From a virus: DNA of 34,954 nt. Below are positions 31,435 through 34,954 of the stretch, in pieces. The DNA is taken from the IMG/VR virus record IMGVR_UViG_3300012664_000082. One strand, given 5' to 3'. The stretch's first letter is position 1. Every line of letters begins with the position of its first letter. Position numbers and translations under genes: made by a program. Under the pieces are notes generated by a model, which was given only the letters and a program-made list of their open reading frames with translations, did not search any database and was not told the DNA's origin.

Positions 31435-32757
31435 TTACGCTGTAAATGTTCCACTAGTTGTGAATGTATGATATGTATAACCACCTGCTGATGTAACTGT
31501 TCCACCTGTGCCTTTTTGACTACCTAAATAGCGAACAATTACAACTCCAGATCCACCATTACCACCAAAATGGCTAGCACTATTATTTGCTGCACCACCA
31601 CCACCGCCACCAGTATTTGCAGATCCGGGACTACCACTCACAGGAGTTACACCAGCATCTGGAGCACGACCACCATTTCCACCACCGCCTAATCCACCAG
31701 CACCAATAGTTTGGTTAGAAATAACCCCACCACCACCGCCACCAGCATAATATGTTCCGTTAAGCCATTGTGCTCCATTACCGCCAGCACCACCTGCTGT
31801 TGAAGATCCATTTCCACCTTGGTTTAGCGCACCACCACCACCGCCACCACCAGCACCAGTGCCAGCAGATCCTAAGCCACCGCCAAACCCCTGCCCTGAT
31901 GTACCTGAGCCGGGTGAGCCTGTGCTATAACTTGCTCCAGCACCTGATCCACCACTACTTGATTGAGATAATGACCAAGTTGCAGCACCACCGCCACCAA
32001 TACAGGTTGTTAAAGACCCAAATGAGCTGTTTGTGCCATTTCCACCTAATGTCGCATTTTGACTTTGCGCTCCTGCTCCACCAGAGCCAATAGTTATTGA
32101 ATAAGAATTAATGCCTTGTAAAACACTAACACTAGATGCAATATAACCACCAGCTCCACCACCACCGCCACCTAGACCACCCCATCCACCAGCACCACCG
32201 CCACCACCAGCTACAACTAAATATTCAAGAGTATATGCAAGAGAGTAATTTACCCAATCACCATTTTGATAAAATTCAAATTTTAATGTAGAGGTGTTAT
32301 ATCTAACCATTCCATTATTAGGGCTAGCTGGTCTTTGTGCTGTAGTTCCAGAAGGGACATCAAAATACCCTGTGCTTGTATTTGCTTGGTCTGAAACAGA
32401 AGTAGGTGTTACAGCTACAGCTCCCCATGAGCTATTTGTTCCATCTGTTGTTAGATATTTGCCTGAGTTTCCAGACATTGAAGGCAGAACCTTTCCATCA
32501 TCTAGACTAGTAATCCATGATGGGTCTGCATAGCTTCCAGTAGTAACTACACCATTAGTAACTGTTCCTGCATTACCAGAAATTGATCCAGTAATAGTAT
32601 TGCTAAATGTCTTAGTGCCACCAATTGTTTGGTTACCAGTTAGCTTTACTACTGTGCTATCTTCTGCTTTATCAGTATTTAAATTGGTAAAGTTATTGTC
32701 TACTTCGGTATGAGTTAGGGGTGAGCCTTTTCCAGCTCTAGTTACGATTGTAGACAT
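31435..32757 (-). CDS. tail fibre protein with glycine-rich C-terminal domain
   Basis: 440 aa. The N-terminus TRAGKGSPLTHTEVDNNFTNLNTDKAE...LTGNQTIGGTKTF is a common fibre N-terminus. The C-terminal half has long GGGG tracts ending GGNGGSGVVIVRY. Confidence 0.75.
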   Translation of the reverse strand: MSTIVTRAGKGSPLTHTEVDNNFTNLNTDKAEDSTVVKLTGNQTIGGTKTFSNTITGSISGNAGTVTNGVVTTGSYADPSWITSLDDGKVLPSMSGNSGKYLTTDGTNSSWGAVAVTPTSVSDQANTSTGYFDVPSGTTAQRPASPNNGMVRYNTSTLKFEFYQNGDWVNYSLAYTLEYLVVAGGGGGAGGWGGLGGGGGGAGGYIASSVSVLQGINSYSITIGSGGAGAQSQNATLGGNGTNSSFGSLTTCIGGGGAATWSLSQSSSGGSGAGASYSTGSPGSGTSGQGFGGGLGSAGTGAGGGGGGGALNQGGNGSSTAGGAGGNGAQWLNGTYYAGGGGGGVISNQTIGAGGLGGGGNGGRAPDAGVTPVSGSPGSANTGGGGGGAANNSASHFGGNGGSGVVIVRYLGSQKGTGGTVTSAGGYTYHTFTTSGTFTA

Positions 32758-32765
32758 AACTCACC

Positions 32766-33152
32766 TTAAGCTAAAGTTACTGTCAATGCACTAGTAGCAA
32801 ACTTAAACACATCACCTGTGTCAATTGCTTTAGAAGCTGTCAATGCTCCATGATATAAAAGATTGCCACTTGTAGCAGCATCAAGAATACCAAAATGAGT
32901 AACAGTACCCCATGATCCTGTAGCTTGGTCAAATTCGATTGCAGAGCTGATTGTTGATGCACCATTAGAAGGTGCGCCAAAAGTAGCAGCCTTACGAGCA
33001 TATGAGCCACCGCTTACTTCTGTTCCTGTATTAGCATCTGTAGGATCGCTAGTGTATAGACCTACATAAACTGTAGATGGTGTTGTGTAAGAAGTATTGC
33101 GGAGAGTTGCATTAATTAGTGCATTTTCCAAGTAGTTTGACATTGCAGCCAT
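32766..33152 (-). CDS. conserved small virion/tail-associated protein
   Basis: 128 aa. NALINATLRNTSYTTPSTVYVGLYTSDPTDANTGTEVSGGSYARKAATFGAPSNG...WGTVTHFGILDAATSGNLLYHG is a recurrent phage structural-module family of unknown role. Confidence 0.5.
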   Translation of the reverse strand: MAAMSNYLENALINATLRNTSYTTPSTVYVGLYTSDPTDANTGTEVSGGSYARKAATFGAPSNGASTISSAIEFDQATGSWGTVTHFGILDAATSGNLLYHGALTASKAIDTGDVFKFATSALTVTLA

Positions 33153-33161
33153 GATTAATCC

Positions 33162-33782
33162 TTATCTAGAAGTTAGTTTCATTTGTAGTGGTACACCATT
33201 GTATTCTGAGCTTTCGTCAGATGTAGCAATGAGTTCTAGTGTGCTTGCATACAAAGAAGCCCAAGTTGCTAATCTTGCATCATTCATTAAGTATGGCTCG
33301 GCTTGTGCTAATGAACCATACAATAACAAATCAGGGTAGTTCGCTAAGAATACATTTGAAGAATTTGTGCTAGATAGTGCCTCTGGCTTGTAGTAATAGA
33401 GCATCTCAAGAACATAAGCACCATCAGGAATAGGAGCAAAGTTCATCTCTGCACCGATAACCGAGTAATCTACTGGCTTACCTGACTCTGTAGCTCTAGC
33501 ATTGCGAGTAAAAGCAGAAGGAGACATATAGCTCACAGGCATCCTTGGATTACCTTGAACAAATAGGTCTCGCATCTCTAGGAAGTCTGTAGGTAGCCCT
33601 ACTGTATTATCCCCTGCAGTCATAGTTGCAGTTGCAGACTTTAGCATCTGACGAGTTCTTAGCTCTCTCTGTAAGCGAGCTTCAGCCAAAGTAATGAAAG
33701 TTGGAATCATTGCTGTTAGATCTGTGCGACCTAAGTAACTAGCAATGGTGGTTTGTAGTGCTGAATAGTTAGAAAAGCTCAT
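33162..33782 (-). CDS. putative head-tail adaptor protein
   Basis: 206 aa. The N-terminus YSALQTTIASYLGRTDLTAMIPTFITLAEARLQRELRTRQM resembles proteins annotated as phage adaptor. It lies downstream of the capsid gene. Confidence 0.5.
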   Translation of the reverse strand: MSFSNYSALQTTIASYLGRTDLTAMIPTFITLAEARLQRELRTRQMLKSATATMTAGDNTVGLPTDFLEMRDLFVQGNPRMPVSYMSPSAFTRNARATESGKPVDYSVIGAEMNFAPIPDGAYVLEMLYYYKPEALSSTNSSNVFLANYPDLLLYGSLAQAEPYLMNDARLATWASLYASTLELIATSDESSEYNGVPLQMKLTSR

Positions 33783-34405
33783 AATATGTCATGCCATCCA
33801 TAAGTATAATTTCCGACATGACCTATCTCTTGAGACAAATCATGGTCTATATAAGTGTCAATACCTGCATCTTTTGCCTTGATACAGAAGTAAATATCCT
33901 CACCTAAGAGCTTGTTCTCAGGCAGTAATTCAAAGAAGAACCAAGGTTTAGGTATAGAAGTTAGTGTGTGCTTACTTATTAGCATAACACCACAGCCAAT
34001 ACCATCAGCCTTTTCTATTCCTGTCTTGTTCTTAGAAGATATTTGCTTCCAGTTGCAAGTTCCATCTTCCTCAATCTCTAGTGTCTTAGCAGTAGCCTTA
34101 ACTGGTGTAGAGCGAGTTGTTGCATTTACCCCAATAATCCCCTTGTCATGGCTCAGTAGCCTCTCAAGAGTGTCTCTAGGGAATCTCATGTCAGCATCAA
34201 TAAACAGGACATAGTCTGCACCTTCTTCTAAGGCTGACTCGACCATATTGTTTCTTTGGTCAAATATCAGAGTACCCATAGAGGTATACAGATTGACTTG
34301 GTGTTCTGTGTTTCTTGCTACATGATTGACCATTCTAGCTAGGTCAAAAGCTGTTCCTACTTCCATCTGTCCTCTAGCTGGGATGCAGATTGCGATAGTA
34401 GCCAT
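33779..34405 (-). CDS. GT-A fold glycosyltransferase (family-2-like) inside the head/neck module
   Basis: 208 aa. IAICIPARGQ N-terminal strand, DxD in DYVLFIDADMRF, then a later GEDIYFC motif and HVG. 4-nt overlap with the adaptor gene and 1-nt overlap with the upstream ORF. Confidence 0.65.
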   Translation of the reverse strand: MATIAICIPARGQMEVGTAFDLARMVNHVARNTEHQVNLYTSMGTLIFDQRNNMVESALEEGADYVLFIDADMRFPRDTLERLLSHDKGIIGVNATTRSTPVKATAKTLEIEEDGTCNWKQISSKNKTGIEKADGIGCGVMLISKHTLTSIPKPWFFFELLPENKLLGEDIYFCIKAKDAGIDTYIDHDLSQEIGHVGNYTYGWHDIL

Positions 34406-34731
34406 TAGACGATACCCCCACGAGTTCGAAATACTCTGTTCTCAGGGTCATTTAACCATCTTTTTAGTGCTGGCATATCAATGACTTGATAGCCCTTCAT
34501 AATCTTTTTCTTGTTTAAATCACCAATAATCTCTGGTGGTATACAAGCTATATGATTCTTAGGGTCGTATGGAGTGTCTCCCCACCCTTTAGAACCACTA
34601 TTGTCTTTATAGGCTTGCTTGGTAGCCTCAGCAAAACCGCTTAGGTCTAGCTTAGTTTCAATGATAAGACCGCCATCTCCATCTGAGAAAGCAGTTTTAT
34701 TTTCCCCAAAATCACCTAGTAATTTTGACAA
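34405..34731 (-). CDS. hypothetical protein directly downstream of the capsid gene
   Basis: 108 aa. TTG start with GGAG 8 nt upstream. No motif recognised. Confidence 0.5.
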   Translation of the reverse strand: MSKLLGDFGENKTAFSDGDGGLIIETKLDLSGFAEATKQAYKDNSGSKGWGDTPYDPKNHIACIPPEIIGDLNKKKIMKGYQVIDMPALKRWLNDPENRVFRTRGGIV

Positions 34732-34740
34732 TTAAATCTC

Positions 34741-34771
34741 CAAGAAATGAGGGTGAGTTTCCCCACCCCCA
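34741..34771 (-). terminator. rho-independent terminator after the capsid gene (internal to the late unit)
   Basis: The minus strand reads TGGGGGTG-gggaaact-CACCCTCA (8-bp stem including one G-U) followed by TTTCTT. It begins 15 nt after the capsid TAA. Confidence 0.6.
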
Positions 34772-34785
34772 ATTCTACTCACTTA

Positions 34786-34954
34786 TTAACTTGCTGACAA
34801 GTCAAATACACCGCCATGAGCACCTTCGTTCTTAACTTCAAGAGTCAATTCAGCCAAGATTTGAGTCTTTTCTGAGTCACCTGTTTTAGCCAAGTCGATA
34901 GTTTGGAATGGACGCAAATATGCTAATGCTGCATATTCAGGATCAAGTACCAAA
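34786..34954 (-). CDS. major capsid protein, 3' part (nt 34900..34954 duplicate nt 1..55)
   Basis: Hand-translated from 34899 downward: IDLAKTGDSEKTQILAELTLEVKNEGAHGGVFDLSAS, with TAA at 34788..34786. It is in frame with ...LRPFQT encoded at the other end of the window. Confidence 0.85.
   Translation of the reverse strand, partial: LVLDPEYAALAYLRPFQTIDLAKTGDSEKTQILAELTLEVKNEGAHGGVFDLSAS
34900..34954. repeat. terminal direct repeat, copy 2 of 2 (identical to 1..55)
   Basis: Same 55-mer as the window start. Confidence 0.97.

Noticed and set aside
31770-32533. Plus-strand ORFs 31770..32093 and 32294..32533
   Set aside because: They are antisense to the glycine-rich fibre gene. The His/Gln/Leu-rich sequence arises from the complement of GGN codons.
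33151-34214. Plus-strand ORFs 33151..33339 and 33912..34214
   Set aside because: They are antisense to the adaptor and glycosyltransferase genes.
1-34954. CRISPR arrays, tRNA/tmRNA genes, IS elements, att-like repeats, and reverse transcriptase/DGR components
   Set aside because: I saw no spaced direct-repeat arrays, no cloverleaf-capable intergenic segments (all gaps are under 120 nt and AT-rich), and no transposase, integrase or RT motifs in any ORF. The only long exact repeat is the 55-bp end overlap.

Overview
The window is one complete, tightly packed genome of a small tailed dsDNA phage. It looks podovirus-like, since I saw no tape-measure, sheath or tail-tube genes. The first and last 55 nt are identical, so the real unit is 34,899 bp, circular or circularly permuted. 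The major capsid gene is split across the window ends (837..1 joined to 34899..34786), so it is missing from the supplied ORF track. Eleven further ORFs under 60 aa are also missing from the track; they fill otherwise empty gaps.

The layout is lambdoid in logic. A divergent control gap at about 12854-12970 feeds two operons.
- A rightward (+) early operon (12971-17022) holds 18 mostly tiny ORFs, many joined by ATGA stop/start overlaps. It includes a Rad52/Sak-type annealase, a YqaJ/lambda-Exo-type exonuclease and a 78-aa protein ending in an SSB-like DDVPF tip.
- A leftward (-) operon (12853-8726) holds a VRR-NUC nuclease, a DUF1376 replication-type protein, a Mom-family (GNAT-fold) DNA-modification candidate, two further nuclease-like proteins (one Ref/HNH type), a GT-A glycosyltransferase, a Q-like antiterminator and a Zn-ribbon protein.

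An intrinsic terminator (8631-8657) then precedes a late (-) unit of about 26 kb. It runs 8622 -> 1, across the junction, and on to 17062. In order it encodes:
- small conserved basic proteins, a methyltransferase and an HExxH protein;
- TerS, TerL, portal, scaffold and capsid, followed by a terminator;
- a second glycosyltransferase, an adaptor, and several different fibre or receptor-binding proteins;
- a strictly periodic repeat protein, an S74-chaperone-domain protein and Gly/Gln-rich internal proteins;
- a collar fibre, a run of exported/membrane proteins, holin and lysozyme;
- a SprT-like protein and an HTH-metallophosphoesterase.

I recognised no rRNA, tRNA, CRISPR array, integrase, repressor, DNA polymerase or transposase.

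The best candidates for something undescribed are:
- the five-gene exported/membrane cluster fused to a lysis cassette that lacks a recognisable o-spanin (19409-21719);
- the glycosyltransferase placed between capsid and adaptor genes (33779-34405);
- the Mom-family gene (11086-11739);
- the mini-protein with an SSB tip (15019-15255);
- the terminal SprT/HTH-phosphoesterase pair (17062-18392).

All family assignments come from motif recognition by eye. No database search was run.
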